Part shown: positions 12,790-26,200 of the stretch, piece by piece
Position numbering within the stretch: the stretch's first letter is position 1
Layout of the letters: each line of letters opens with the position of its first letter
Assembly (NCBI GenBank): GCA_034780895.1
Contig: JAUZTB010000001.1
Location: 109,167,453-109,231,452 of the forward strand
Reading direction: 5' to 3'
Origin: Rhynchobatus australiae
Lineage: Eukaryota
Length of the DNA: 64,000 nt
The notes under the pieces: generated by a model
The model's input: only the letters and a program-made list of their open reading frames with translations
Database searches by the model: none
What the model was told of the DNA's origin: nothing
Translations under genes and position numbers: made by a program

Positions 12790-14245
12790 AAAGACACAAG
12801 AGATTCTACAGATGCTGGAATCTGGAGCAACACACACAAAAAGTGCTGGAGGAACTCAGCAAGTCAGGCTGCATCTATGGAGAGAAATAAACAGTCAACG
12901 TTTCAGGTTGAGACCCTGCTTCAGGACTGGAAAGGAAGAGGGCAGAAGTCAGAATAAGGAGGTCAGGGAAAGGGGAGGGAGAGGAGCACAGGCTGGCAGG
13001 TGATATGCGAGGTCAGGTGATAGGTGAGTCCAAGTAAGAGGGGGAAGGAGGAGATGAAAGAAGCTGAGAGGTGATAGGTAAAGAGGCAAAGGGCTCCTGT
13101 AGGAGAGGGCAGTTGACCATGGAATAAAGGGAAAAAGGTGGAGAATAGATTGGCAGGTCATGNNNNNNNNNNNNNNNNNNNNNNNNNNNNNNNNNNNNNN
13201 NNNNNNNNNNNNNNNNNNNNNNNNNNNNNNNNNNNNNNNNNNNNNNNNNNNNNNNNNNNNNNNNNNNNNNNNNNNNNNNNNNNNNNNNNNNNNNNNNNNN
13301 NNNNNNNNNNNNNNNNNNNNNNNNNNNNNNNNNNNNNNNNNNNNNNNNNNNNNNNNNNNNNNNNNNNNNNNNNNNNNNNNNNNNNNNNNNNNNNNNNNNN
13401 NNNNNNNNNNNNNNNNNNNNNNNNNNNNNNNNNNNNNNNNNNNNNNNNNNNNNNNNNNNNNNNNNNNNNNNNNNNNNNNNNNNNNNNNNNNNNNNNNNNN
13501 NNNNNNNNNNNNNNNNNNNNNNNNNNNNNNNNNNNNNNNNNGACCATGGAATAAAGGGAAAAAGGTGGAGAATAGATTGGCAGGTCATGAGGGCGGGGGA
13601 AGGGATGAGCAGGTCATGAAGGCAGGGCAAGGGGAAAGGGAAGGGTGGAGGGGCCCAGAGGAATGAGGGAAGACCAAGGGGGGAGAAGAGGGGAGGGGTT
13701 ACAGGATGTTAGAGAAATCGATGTTGAGGCCATCAGGTTGGAGACTGCCAAGATGGAATACGAGGTGTTGTTCCTCCAACCTACGTCTGGCCTCAGTGTG
13801 GCAGTGGAGGAGGCCATAGATATGTCAGTATGGGAATGGGATGTGGAATTGAAGTGGGTGGCCACCGGGAGATCCTGGCTATTGCGGCGGACAGAACAAA
13901 GGTGTTCGATGAAGTGGTCACCTGAGATCAGGTCTCACCGATGTAGAGGAGGTCGCTCTGGGAGCGTCAGATGCAATAAATCACACCCTTGGATTCACAG
14001 GTGAAGTGCTGCCTTTTTACATCTCCCCCCTCCCCCACCCTCCTACCTTCCCCCTCTCACCTGGACTCACCTATCACCTGCCTGCATGTGCCTCTCCCCC
14101 TCCCTCAACCTTCTTATTCTGGCTTCTGCCCTCTTCCTTTACAGTCTTGATGAAGGGTCTCAACTTGAAACATCAACTGTTTATTTCCCTCCATATATGC
14201 TGCCTGACCTGCTGAGTTCCTCCACCACTTTTTGTGTGTGTTGCA
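12790..14245 (-). mobile_element. Penelope-like retroelement: GIY-YIG endonuclease remnant flanked by inverted terminal repeats
   Basis: 13700-13990 minus gives VATHFNSTSHSHTD...EEQHLVFHLGSLQPDGLNIDFSN across a frameshift; ~12828-13050 is inverted relative to ~14040-14243. Confidence 0.85.
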
Positions 14246-14814
14246 GCTGAAGCCAATTATTGAAATTAATATTTAATTTTATTTCTTATTTAATACTGTA
14301 TATCTCTTTAGTTATACATATTGCTTACAAAGTTCAGATCATTAAAATTTTATAGCATTTTCCCTTTAATGATCAAGTCCTCAATGATTATGTCATTAAC
14401 TATGCTACTCTTTCAAGATTCTTCCCTTATTTATTTTAAGCAACTCTTTGCCAGCAACAGACATACTGACTGTAGGAGTTCTCTATTTGTGATAGAGGCT
14501 GAGGTAATTTAAATCAGAAATGATTAAGAGTATCTGCATGTGCATGCATTGGGAGGAGCATTTATTTTAATGTAAAATTAAATGATTGGTTTCCATTCAC
14601 AATAATGTGATGATTCTTGGGAACTTGCCCTTTTCTTATGAATGGCCAAAATCAACACAGTACAAAAAAAATCAAACAATTTTCCTGGATTCAGTCTCAA
14701 TTACAGAGAATGTAACTTATAACTAAAAGATGTGTATGAATTTTGATTTTCCAAATTGGCATTTACTGTGTTTAAATTAATCCAAGTCTGGAACTTCTGC
14801 ACACATGTAATCAA

Positions 14815-15785
14815 GCTTTTTTTTATTCATTCAAGGGATGTGGGTTTTGCAGGCTGAACCAGCATTTAATTGCCCATCCCCAATTGCCCTCGAGAAGGTG
14901 GCGGTGAGCTGCCTTATTGGGCTGATGAAGTCCTTGAGGTGTGGGTATACCCACAGCACTGTTTGGGAGGGAATTCCAGGATTTTAGCTTAGTGACAGTG
15001 AGGCAACAGCAATATGTTTCCTAGTCAGGATGGTGTGTGGCTTCGAGGTCAACTTCCAGGTGGTGGTATTCCCATGCTTTTCTTGCTCTTGTCCTTCTAA
15101 CTGGTAGAGGTGATGTGTTTGGAAGGTGCTGTCTAAGGAGTCTTGGTGAGTTGCTGTAGTGCATCCTGCAGATGTTAGAAACTGCTGCTACTATGTGTCA
15201 GTGATGAAGTGAATGATTGGTTGTGGAGGGGGTGCCTATGAAATGGGCTGCTATATCTTGTCTGGTGTTGAGCTTCTTGAATGCTGTTGAAACTGCACTC
15301 ATTCTGTTAAGTATTCCTTCACACTCCTGACTTGAGCATGGTAGATGGTGGACAGTCTTTGGGGAGTTAGGTGGCAAGTCACTCATCACAGGATTCCCAG
15401 CCCCTGACCTGCTCTTGTAGCCACATTTGTGTATGTGGCTCCAGTTTAGTTTCTGGTCAATGGTAACCCCCCCGGGTATTGACAGTGGGGGATTCAGAGA
15501 TCGTAATGCCACTGAAAGCCAGGGGGTGATAGCTGCATATCATCATTGCATGGCACTTGTGTGGCACAAAAGTTACTTGCTACCTGTCAGCCCAGGCCTG
15601 GATATTGTCCAGGTCTTGCTGCATTTGGCTGTAGACCGCTTCATTATCTTAGGAGTCATGAATGGTCCTGAACACTGTGCAATCATCAGTGAACATACCC
15701 ACTTCTGAGCTTATGATTGAAGGAAGGTCTTTGATAAAGCAATTGAAGATGGTTCGGACTAGGACACTACCCTGAGGAAGTCATG
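14815..15785 (-). mobile_element. LINE 3' part (CR1/L2-group, possibly Daphne-like)
   Basis: GVTIDQKLNWS.HI RT motif; 3' end gggcaattaaatgctgg...cccacatcccttgaatgaataaaaa. Related copies at ~6310-6600, 41640-42330, 43540-44640 and 62360-62800. Confidence 0.75.
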
Positions 15786-16261
15786 AAATTACCAAACGAC
15801 ACCAGGCACCGACTCATTCTTTCAGCTCCACTGCTGGACGCTGCCACCCCTCCCACACTGCCCCCTACCCCCATGCTGAGAATTGGCTCTCAAATCTTCT
15901 GACAAGTTAGACAAGGTACAGAATCCACAATCCCACTGATTTCAGTGGAAATTGTAAGATGCGGAGAATAAAGAGGAAGGTGTTTCCTTTGTTTAATTAA
16001 TTGTGTTTTAGGTTAGTTAATGTTTTTTATTTTAAACATTCATTAAGTTTTACAATATTTTTGATTATATACTTCAATTTTCAGTAGCTTTAAAATAAAT
16101 CTGAATGTCAGAGACAACATCATTTAAAACCCTTACTGTTTTGACAGCTGGAAAGGATGAATCAAGGTTTTGCTAGTTGTCACAGCTTGCAGAAGCATTT
16201 CAGGGACTTCTTCAATGCACAACTGGAGACTCCGCTACTGGAATCTAGTGTTAGCTTTGAC

Positions 16262-16710
16262 TGTTGTTATATAGTTTTTTAACATCTATAGTGTTTAATA
16301 CACCTGAAGTGGCTGCACAAGGAATGGCCACTTACTACCTTATTGGTTCACCCATCAGGTGAATATGTGGTTTTTTCATTGGTTGGTTTGGCCACAAGTA
16401 TCTAATAGGTTTCCTCATTGGACTATTGTTAGCTAAGGAGTACCTCTTATCTCAGGCACAAAAGGTGTCATTTTTTGTTAATCACTCTCTTGCTTATCTC
16501 TCTCTCTATCTCTCTTGCTCTTCCTCCCCCCTAGCCTGAGCTTTCTTTTGTTCCCTTTGACTCGACTCAACAAAGCTAGTGCCATGTGCTCTGTGACTGT
16601 TTCTTTATTTTAAACTTTTCCAATAAAGCTTTGTGAAGTACCAAGTTGTTTTCAACTCATTCCTGGACTCTTGAAAGAACCTGTGGATTTGAAAATAACT
16701 GGATCTGACA
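16262..16710 (+). mobile_element. Probable solo LTR
   Basis: Starts TGT and ends ACA (ggatctgaca); three ATTGG boxes, a TATA-like cacaaaag, a pyrimidine-rich tract and AATAAA at 16622. No clean TSD found. Confidence 0.5.
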
Positions 16711-17199
16711 CTAGGATGCTTCAATGCAGCAAAATTGGCAGTCTGCGCAGGACCAGGTAAGTGCCAGCATGGGGCGGTAACATGTGGTGATTGTAGGCAA
16801 TGGACCCATGCCAGCAAGATCCAGCTGTGTACTTTGAACAGAAATTATTTTACTCAGTATTTCCTAACCATATGCCTCAGCTTTGATATAATAGGAATGA
16901 TAAAGAATTATTTGATAAGATCCTTGGTCTGCAATCATTTGCAGCTAATAGGAGTTATTTTGAAATTACACAACCCTATTTACTCCCACATGTTGTCAGA
17001 TTAAATATCCCCACATCCCTCTTTCACCATAATTTTACCTTGCCTTAGTGCTATACTTATGCTTCTCCTTCCATTTTAATGGACAAATATTTTCCTTCTG
17101 CCCCGATGTCTCAGAATCTATCATGTGGAAAATTATGGACGTAAACTTTTGGACCAGCTGACACCCTACATTTGCTGATCTGCCACCAAAACTCTCATC

Positions 17200-17720
17200 T
17201 GTATCTTTGTTACCTTAAACTTAACTATTCTAAGCACTCCTAGCTGGCTTCCCTCACCCTGTGCTCTTAGCATGACATCCAAAGCTCTGCTATCTCTGGC
17301 CTAATTCACACAAAGTATTTTACACCCAGCTATCTTGGGTGCAAGTGCTAGCTTGTCTGGCTGCTGATTAAACAGCCCCTCAATATTAATGTTCTCACTG
17401 TTTGCACATTGTTTCATGGTCTTGTCCTTCCCAACATCCATAATCTCCTCCCCCCATAACATTTCAGGACATCTGCATTGTCCACGCAGGTGATCATCCC
17501 CTAGTTTAATTGCTACATCTTTGACATAGTCAAGGCCTTAATCTCTTAAATTCCCTCCCTAAATCTCTCTATTTCTCTTTTTTTGCTTCTTAAAATCAAC
17601 CTCTTTGAGCAAGCTATTGGCTTTCTCCTCTAGAAACTTATTACATAATTCAGTTTCAAATACTATTTGGTAACTTGGGATCCTTTGCTTTGTTAAATGG
17701 AGATTATTGTACATGTAGTT
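17200..17720 (+). mobile_element. Old L2-type LINE 3' remnant
   Basis: Degraded L2 C-terminal pattern and tail (cttaaaatcaacctctttgagcaagct...gttaaatggagattatt). Confidence 0.5.
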
Positions 17721-19309
17721 GTTATTGTACGGCAATTACAACACCAATAGAGTACTGGAACAAATTTTATCCAGGTCATTTGGAATTAATGGTATTTTTG
17801 GCATGCACATAATACCAGAAAGAAACATGAGGTGATCATGCACAACTCCCATCACTGATATATTCTGAGCTCCAGAACTGTATTTTCTCTCTGGAATTAC
17901 TGCCCTCCAGAATTTCACTTCTGTAAGGTGAACTGTAAGTTAAAGCAAGTTAAAAGGCAAGGAGAAAAATAAGTATTTTTCCAAACTGCAATCTATAAAA
18001 GAACTCCCAACATTTGTTTGCTAAAGCACTGAAAAAGCAGGACCAATTATGCCCAACAACACCATGGTGAAATGTGCCTCTCATTGATCATAAATATATT
18101 GATTCAAATTTAGAACTATTTCACCATCAGTGGGTAAACACCGCAAGGAGTCTCATTGTGAGATACTTCGTTCCTATGAATTGGCTGCCATGTTCAATAT
18201 GTTTAATGTCCTTCCCTGTGCTGTCAAGGTAGCAATGCTGAAATTTTCTCCTCTACTTGCTTATTTCTTTGCTACTTAGAAAACCTCTCGGGGCCAAAAT
18301 CACCTTGCTACTGTGGATTCTTGGGTCACTAATGAGTCCTATGTGAGATCAGAGGGAATGATATTGGGTTTGTTGCGCTCATGTTCTTGTCATTCAGGCT
18401 AGAAGTGTGCAGTGTCTTCCCAGCTACTTCTTTGCCTGTCTGACGGGTCTTGGACCAGAAATTACCATGAGCTGGTGAGGATATTTCTATTTTTCAAGGC
18501 GGCTTTGACGATGTCCTCCTGGAAGTAGCTGGCTGTGACACAATTTGGAGCACACTGCTCTTTTTTGGCATCTCTGGTCACATCTCCACATTTTTTACTC
18601 ACATTATTTCTCTCTTTAAATTCCTTTCCTACAATCACTGAACCATACTTCACAATACCCCCTTCACACACTCCCACAACCCTCAGTTCTCCACATCTCT
18701 CATCTGACATGTCACAACAGCAGCTCCAATGTACTCCCTTTTGGTTTTTAAACAGAAAAAAAATCCATGTTTCCAAACCACAGTAACCAGCTCAGTGAGA
18801 CAGAACATCTGAGGTGCTAGCTCATCAGCAGGCACCAGCATAACTGCACAAAAACTTTACCACAGAGGATTCAGATCATGTCTTTCAGGGCTCAGGTTGA
18901 CGAAAAGGGCTGATGGGAGATGTATTTGGAACTGTGCAGCCTGCCATGCAAAATGTCGTGGAGAATGGAGCCTAGCTCAAATTATACCAAGGCACCTCAC
19001 AGTGCAAGGAGACTATCTAACTTGGACCAAGCAAACAGGTCAATCAACACAATACTGTCATCCACAGATATAGAAACATGCCCTACCATTCTTTTCATCG
19101 CTATGGAAACTCCCAGAAATCTTGGATTTATCTATCATTACTGACAGGAGCTTTCAGAGCCTCAATATTTCCCTGTACTCTGTTCTTGCACAAGAGAACT
19201 GAAACAATATTAGGGCTAAAACCTTAGCTATAAGCTCAACAATCTGCCACTTCTCTAATTGCAGTCAAAGGAAAATACATCATACGAGTATTAGGTCAAG
19301 TAAGTATAT

Positions 19310-20600
19310 AATTATAGAAACCTGTAAATGGAAGCCATCTGGCCTATTGTATCAACCTAGCTGAAAAACACTTTTGAAAATAAGATCATCTTCCAGCTTA
19401 TGGTACATAGTCCCTTGTAGATAAAAGTATATGAAGCACCCGTTTAGATACTTTTTAATTGAGATGAAGGTTTCTGTGTTACAGACTCCATCATACTAGG
19501 AGAATTTATTTTCCCCTAAATGCTCTTCTAATCCTTCTATCTATTACCTCAACACTAAGTTCCCTAATTGCTGACTCTCTGAAAAGAACAAATAAGTCCT
19601 TCCTTTTCACCTTATTTGGGATTCTCATAAAATTATACACTTCAAATAAATCTCACAGATTCCTGTTTCAAATAAAAATAAACCTAGTCTAGCCAATCCT
19701 TCCTCGTAACTAAACCTGCATCCTCAGCAATAGCATCATAAATCTCCTCTGATTGCTCTCCAGTGCAACTGCATACTTCCTTTAATGTGATGACCAAAAT
19801 TTCCTGCAGTATTCAAACTTCAGCCTAAGTAGTTTTTTATACAATCCTATCATACCCTCCCTCCTGTGTATTCTATTCCTCAGCTATTACTACTAATATC
19901 ACCGAGCATGCATTCCACAGTTCCTCTGCACTTCTCAGTACCCTACATTCTGTATTTCCAAGCATTATTCAGCCCCAAATAGCATGACTTCCCACCTCCT
20001 TGGAATGAAAACTACTAACAAAATTTCTGCACACCTAACAAAACCATTAATATCTTCTTACAGTCTACAGCCTTCTTCCTATCAACCACACAGACAATTT
20101 GTATCATCAACAAACTTCTTAATCCTGGTTTCTTATATTAAATCCAAACCAATGACATCCTAAGTCAAGAACAATTAACCCAACATTGAATCCCACTGCA
20201 AACAGCCCCCCCAGTAAAACTCATCAACTATCACCCTGTGCATTCTGCTTGACATTTTCCTTCAGATACCACAGGATTTCACTTGTATGGTATGTCAGTC
20301 ACGTGGCACCTTATGAAACATCTTGCTACAATCCAAAACATACATCAAATGCAATTGACCTGATCTGTTCCGCCACAAGAATGTCAATTTAGTTCAATCT
20401 GATGTGCCCAAAACAAGTCCAGATTGACACCCTTGATTAATCTATGCCTTCCTAAATAATGATTTATACTGTCCCTCAGAATGTATTCCAATTATTTGCT
20501 TACTATCGATTGATTCAGTCCATCTACTTTTGCCTTGTCAAGCAAACCTACCATTTCACAGACCTTTTAGTGGTCTGCAGCCTAATAAGGTTGGAAAATG
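19310..20600 (-). mobile_element. Old degraded CR1 LINE
   Basis: CR1 3' tail at ~19310 followed by degraded RT-region sequence (gaccaaaat...gtattc, tttgtatcatcaacaaactt = KFVDDTN). Confidence 0.65.
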
Positions 20601-23129
20601 ATGTTCAGTACAGAAATAAATAAGCACAGAAGACAAACATTAAGGGTTTGCACCATGGGGATTCATAATTATTTCTCTTAACTGTTAAATGTAGATGGGA
20701 TTAAATTGTTCTGAACTTGCTGTTAGTGGCTATATTTATAAGGAGTCAAAGGACAATCCACTGAGGTTGAACAACAGGCAACTGGATAGTTGTAGTCTGG
20801 ACAGTGATAATGAATAATGGTTTGGAAAATGAAGAACTTGCTGTTTGAATGTGATTTATGTCATGACTGGGATCTCATTATAGCTAAGATTTGCAATTGT
20901 GTCCATCGTAGTGTTGGGAGCCACAAGTCATATATGTCGGGTATATCCATAATCATCCACCTGCCAGCTGGCAGTCTGACACACTGGCATAAAGGCAGAA
21001 CAATGATACAGGATGAATGAATATTGACTTTTGTCTAAACACTAGGTACGGATATGGATGATGTCCTGATCATGGTCACAAAATGGAAGTAAATTGAGGA
21101 GGTGGCATCATTTTAGATTGATAAAATACCAGCATGGTGATGAAAAGCCTGAAAGGCAATGTGGTAGTGGCGCCTAATATCTTAGATTCTGGAGCACCTG
21201 CGTTGCAAGCACAGCATAGTGTTCTCTTGTCCTTAATTGTACATTACTGGTGGAGGGTGGCTTGTTGACCTAACCAATACTGCAGTGGTCTGTGAACAGT
21301 GTTAAGTCATTGATATCATGTGCTGAAGCTTGGAACAAACCAGTGCCACAGGAACCCTGCCAGCGAATCAGTGCGGTCCATGCTCTGGTGCAAGATCCAA
21401 GTTGCCGATGCGAAAGGTGACTCAGTGTCAGCCTATGGGCACGTGCTCCACATCAATGCCTTCCAGATTTTCACAGCTGTCACTGCTTCTTCCATCTTCT
21501 CTGCTGCTTTCCAGAATACCTTCTTCTCCCAATTTCAAGGCAGGCCTAAAGAACCCTCCATGATTGCAGGCAAACTATTCAGTAGCAGTACCAGTAAATC
21601 CTTCCTCCATTACCAAACTTAACATTGTAAAGTCAAATATAGGTCAAAAATGCCCAGACATGAACCAGCAGCCAGAAATGATAAACCAATAAGTAACCTA
21701 TAAGTACTGCATGACTTTTTGAAATAGCGACATGTTCATCCTGCCTAATAACTCCTAATAAGCTTAGCTTGTGACATCAGGCACTGGAACATACCAATAT
21801 CAGGAACAAATCTTCAACAAATCTGGACCTTCAGTACTTGAGTGTGTCCAACATTGCCATTAAAGGTGAGAACAGTGATAAAGACATTGTAATAATAAAC
21901 TTTTTCAGTCAGGCTGACATTTTGGATGGAGATCAGCTCTAAAAAAGGGATAGTATTCTATTTTCAATGCAACCATGCCTTCTTCATTGTTTGTATTTTT
22001 GTAATTTACAATGTCATTCTACTTATTACAAACTACTTTAAATGTTTGTCATCATTAAGGAAAAAAATAAACATGTGAAGAAAGTATTTGGACACTAGGA
22101 GCAACTGTAAAGCAATTATATTGAAAACCAGCTCATTTGCATTGCAACTGAAGTTGCTTCGACATTGGTATCAGAAGGCTGTTTGTCCACTTAGTAGTAA
22201 TTGCTTTTCTTAAGCCAGTGAACCTGGCAGCTCTTGCTTACCTTGCGAGATCCAATCTTTGGAAACTGCCAACAAAAACAAAATCACTTTGAAATGAATA
22301 TAAATGGAGCTCAGGCATGTCTCCAAACTTACAATGGCCCCTACAAGTAAACAATGTGTAATCTAAACTACACAAAGTGGAACAAATTGCAAATAAACTG
22401 TTACATCTATATACAGTTTGACTATGCCTTAGAATTTTTTTCAAAGAGCTTCTATTGTAATGAATTACTTTACAATGCAATGATGATTACATATGCAAAT
22501 ATGATAACCATTTGGCAGACGGCAAGACCAATAGCAATAGGACAAATGATCAGCCTAATAGCCTTAGTTTTGTTGACTTAGTGAGAAATTTTAATCATAA
22601 CCACTATGATCCAGCAAATGTCCAGACACCCTGTGTAAAGAGTATTCTATTCTGGGACCATTATTGTATATAAACAAATGCTGGTGTAGGGCAGATGTCT
22701 TTAGTGCTAACTCAAATATTGCTAAATTGGATCTGAACCACTTACAAATAACAGCCATAAAAATTGGATGCTTTCAAACAGGCTGAATTTATCTGGGCTC
22801 AAATTGCCATGTTGTTTAATATAACATTTTTGATTATTTATAACTGATTATTGAAACTGAATATGCAAATACAAAGCACCTAATTAAGTAACACAAATGT
22901 TTACATCCAGTTTAAGTCAGTGCTGAGTAAAAAGGTAATGTATACAGTAATATACAATAATATTAAAATTTCAATTCTGAAAATTCTTTTCCATGGCCAT
23001 CCAAAATTTCTCAGAAAATTATTTGAAAAAACCAGTGACAGTTAATTTTTAAGATACTATATTAAGACAAATATTTGGCTGTCAAAGGATTAAAAAACTT
23101 CAAATGAGTTGCAACATCTCTTGGCATAC

Positions 23130-23202
23130 CTGGATATCCTTATTAATCACTGTGATCCAAGCATCAACAGTCTTCCTAATACGAATCTTCTCTGCTTCAT
23201 CA
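23130..23202 (-). CDS. KIAA0586: TALPID3 internal coding exon (73 bp, phase 2 to 0)
   Basis: Acceptor tctttcag and donor CAG|gtatgc. Encodes (S)[24 protein letters not shown], matching recalled human [24 protein letters not shown]. Confidence 0.95.
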
Positions 23203-26200
23203 CTGAAAGATAATTCAATTAATTATCATTAATATTTTCTTCCTGTCATTCCTCTCTCTCATTTATCAGTCTCTTTGAATCATAAATTGAAGGTANNNNN
23301 NNNNNNNNNNNNNNNNNNNNNNNNNNNNNNNNNNNNNNNNNNNNNNNNNNNNNNNNNNNNNNNNNNNNNNNNNNNNNNNNNNNNNNNNNNNNNNNNNNNN
23401 NNNNNNNNNNNNNNNNNNNNNNNNNNNNNNNNNNNTAAATGATTCTTTCCCCACAAAGTGTACCGCATTGCAATTTCAGTTGTTAACAGTCTTTCAATCA
23501 AACCTATCATAACCATTATGGAGCAACAGGAAATAATCACCATCTACAAATGGCGTTGTACAAAACTCTTGATAAAAAAGGATATAAACTCAGATCACAC
23601 TAATTTTCAAAACAGAAATGATCTGGTACTGTACCTTTGTCCAAATGCACTAACCACAAGGATGTTTTATTCCATACTGCATTTTTTTTTGATTTGTGTC
23701 AAGATTCAAACTAAATTATTTCCACATGTTAACATGCTCAGTAAGTTGGCAGGTTACTGTGGAACTTATTCAGGTATGTCTGGTAGGATGGAAAACATGA
23801 AAGTACATTTTTGTATTTTGCTGAGTAAAAAACACATATTTCAAGGAGAGATTTGTAAAATATATATAAAGGGAATATGTTAGCTAACAATATAACTGGT
23901 GATCTGCAACAGTCATCGTATCTAGGCTCCACTTTATGAGTTTCAGTATCCTGATTGGCCTTTTGCTGGATGAAAAACTACATGCATTGCATGCTGGTCC
24001 CATCTGGCTTGGCAAGCTGACTTGGAAAGGCATCTGTTCCGGATGCAGGTTCTTGTTTGGCAATACAGTGGTCCCTCTGACCCAGCCGTGATCTCACTAA
24101 ACCCAGACGAGTCATTTGAATCAGTTTCACCCTTCCCAAATATTAATTTAGGACGAGATCTGATCTGGTGTTTGACCTTGTTCTCTTATTTATATTACAA
24201 CATTTATTTGATAATTCCAAGAAATAAACTGACTACTGAGTAACGTTCAAAATATGTGCAATTCCACATATTCTTCATCTGGGGATATGTTATCAGTGGT
24301 CCATAGAACAAGCCACATGTTAGCAGGTTTAAACAGAATTTATGATTGTATCTATTATTTTTCCCTCTGCAGTGAACTACATATGTGGAGGCAGTGAAGC
24401 TATTTAAAATTTTGGGAATTTGACCCAGTAAATGAGCAGCATACTTTGGTGTTGCTTGTTTTTAAGCAGTAAGCTTTGTCATGTCAATTATTGACCTGAA
24501 GAATTTCTGGAACTGAGCAGCAACAATGAAATAGGAAAACTGGCATCAGCCCAACTTACAAATACAAAGGTGAATCTGACAGTCTTTCAGAAACTAGCAG
24601 CAGGGCTTCTACAAATAAATTGTTGCAAGTCAAAATGACCCATTTGAAATATAGCATATGCACAGCAATAAACTAGTCTGGACAGTTAAAAATACAATAC
24701 ATTGCCATAAACTTTCTTGTTCAGGAAAGAATTTAAGGTTACAGCACTTTGTACAGTAGAATAAATCTTTGATCTATTCTTGGCAGCCCAAGCTAATATT
24801 TTCTCAGGAATGTATTTGAACTCCAACATTAGACCAGTTGAAGCCATTAATGGTTGCTGTGGCAGATGTGAAAAATTGCTGGGTAGCTTGTTCAACTAAT
24901 TATACTGACCTAATGCTCTTAGTGGTCTTCTTACGTTCACTCTCAGCACTGGATGCTAATGAGTGGTATTTTTCCACTGTACTATATCAACTTGGGTTAT
25001 TCAGGAAACTATCTAAGATGTAGCTCAGCTGAGGTTACTAAGCAACGGCTTTAAGCAGGAGATAAAAATGGAAATGCAGTGCATGTTAGCACAGGCTTCT
25101 TTGACGACCTGTGTGGCTGAGTATCTGCTCTAAATACAATCCATAAGAAAGGTTTGATTTGTGAAAATGTAGTTCTTCAGTAAATTATGTCAGCATTCAA
25201 GTCAAACATTATAATTTGTCTGAAAAAGGATTTCCCCAAAACCTTATTTTGCATCACCTTGCACATATGCATTAAAAAAAATTAAAGTTAACAAGGGAAA
25301 TGATTTATCAATAAATCTCAACATAAATATGAAACTTTCAAAAAATCAAATATCAATCATTTTAATTTGTAAGATTGATCACTACATTTTAATAGATACA
25401 GTGTCAAGTTTATCTGTCTCTCTCTCTCTCTGTGACCATTGCTAATGCCCCAATAAGCATCCAGTGGGAATCAAACATCATCAGCTGGGTAGAGTTTATC
25501 ATTCAGGTTTTGAGCAGTGATATATTTTATAGGCAGTGCCTAGCTTCTGCTTTCTGGTTCTTCAAAGCAACATGGCCAAGTTCGTAAGTGCAGCAGAAAA
25601 AGAAAGCTAAAATAATCAGATGTTTATTGAAATCCTTACATTTTTTCTAATTGAAAATCTTTACATAATGCAGCAACAGAATAATGACCATACAGTACAG
25701 TAACAAAATAATGACCATATTACATATAATACAATTTATCAGTTATAGATGATGCTCCATGCACTTGGGTAGGAAGAGTTTACTTATCAAGTTCAATTTT
25801 AATATGATCTTCAAACTTTAACTCGAGTGTAGCAGAAGCTGTTATCTGAATAAAAAAAAGCACAATTTGAGAAAAATAAATAATGAACTGCCACAGATCT
25901 TTCTAACTCAACTTATCTGTAAAGATCATGGCAATAGCTTCAAAGCCTTTTATTTCTCTCAGTTTGAATATTTAATACAACCTTTCCAGTTTCAAAATCG
26001 CCCATTGGCTTGGACAATGTTTCCCTTCAGGCACCAAACTAATGCCTCTACAATCTACAAACTTCTCATTATAGAATCACTTATCTGTCGAAAAGAAATT
26101 AATGAAAAAGATAAATGAATGATGAAACCTATTGGGTCATCCTTTCCAAAAATACTTTCTGTTCTGATATTAAAAGTATCTACAAATGATCTGTTTGCTT

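Noticed and set aside
25672-25720. Short tandem duplications (aataatgaccata x2; also ttatacatgggaaa x2 at ~50720)
   Set aside because: Ordinary two-copy slippage duplications; no array or CRISPR-like structure.
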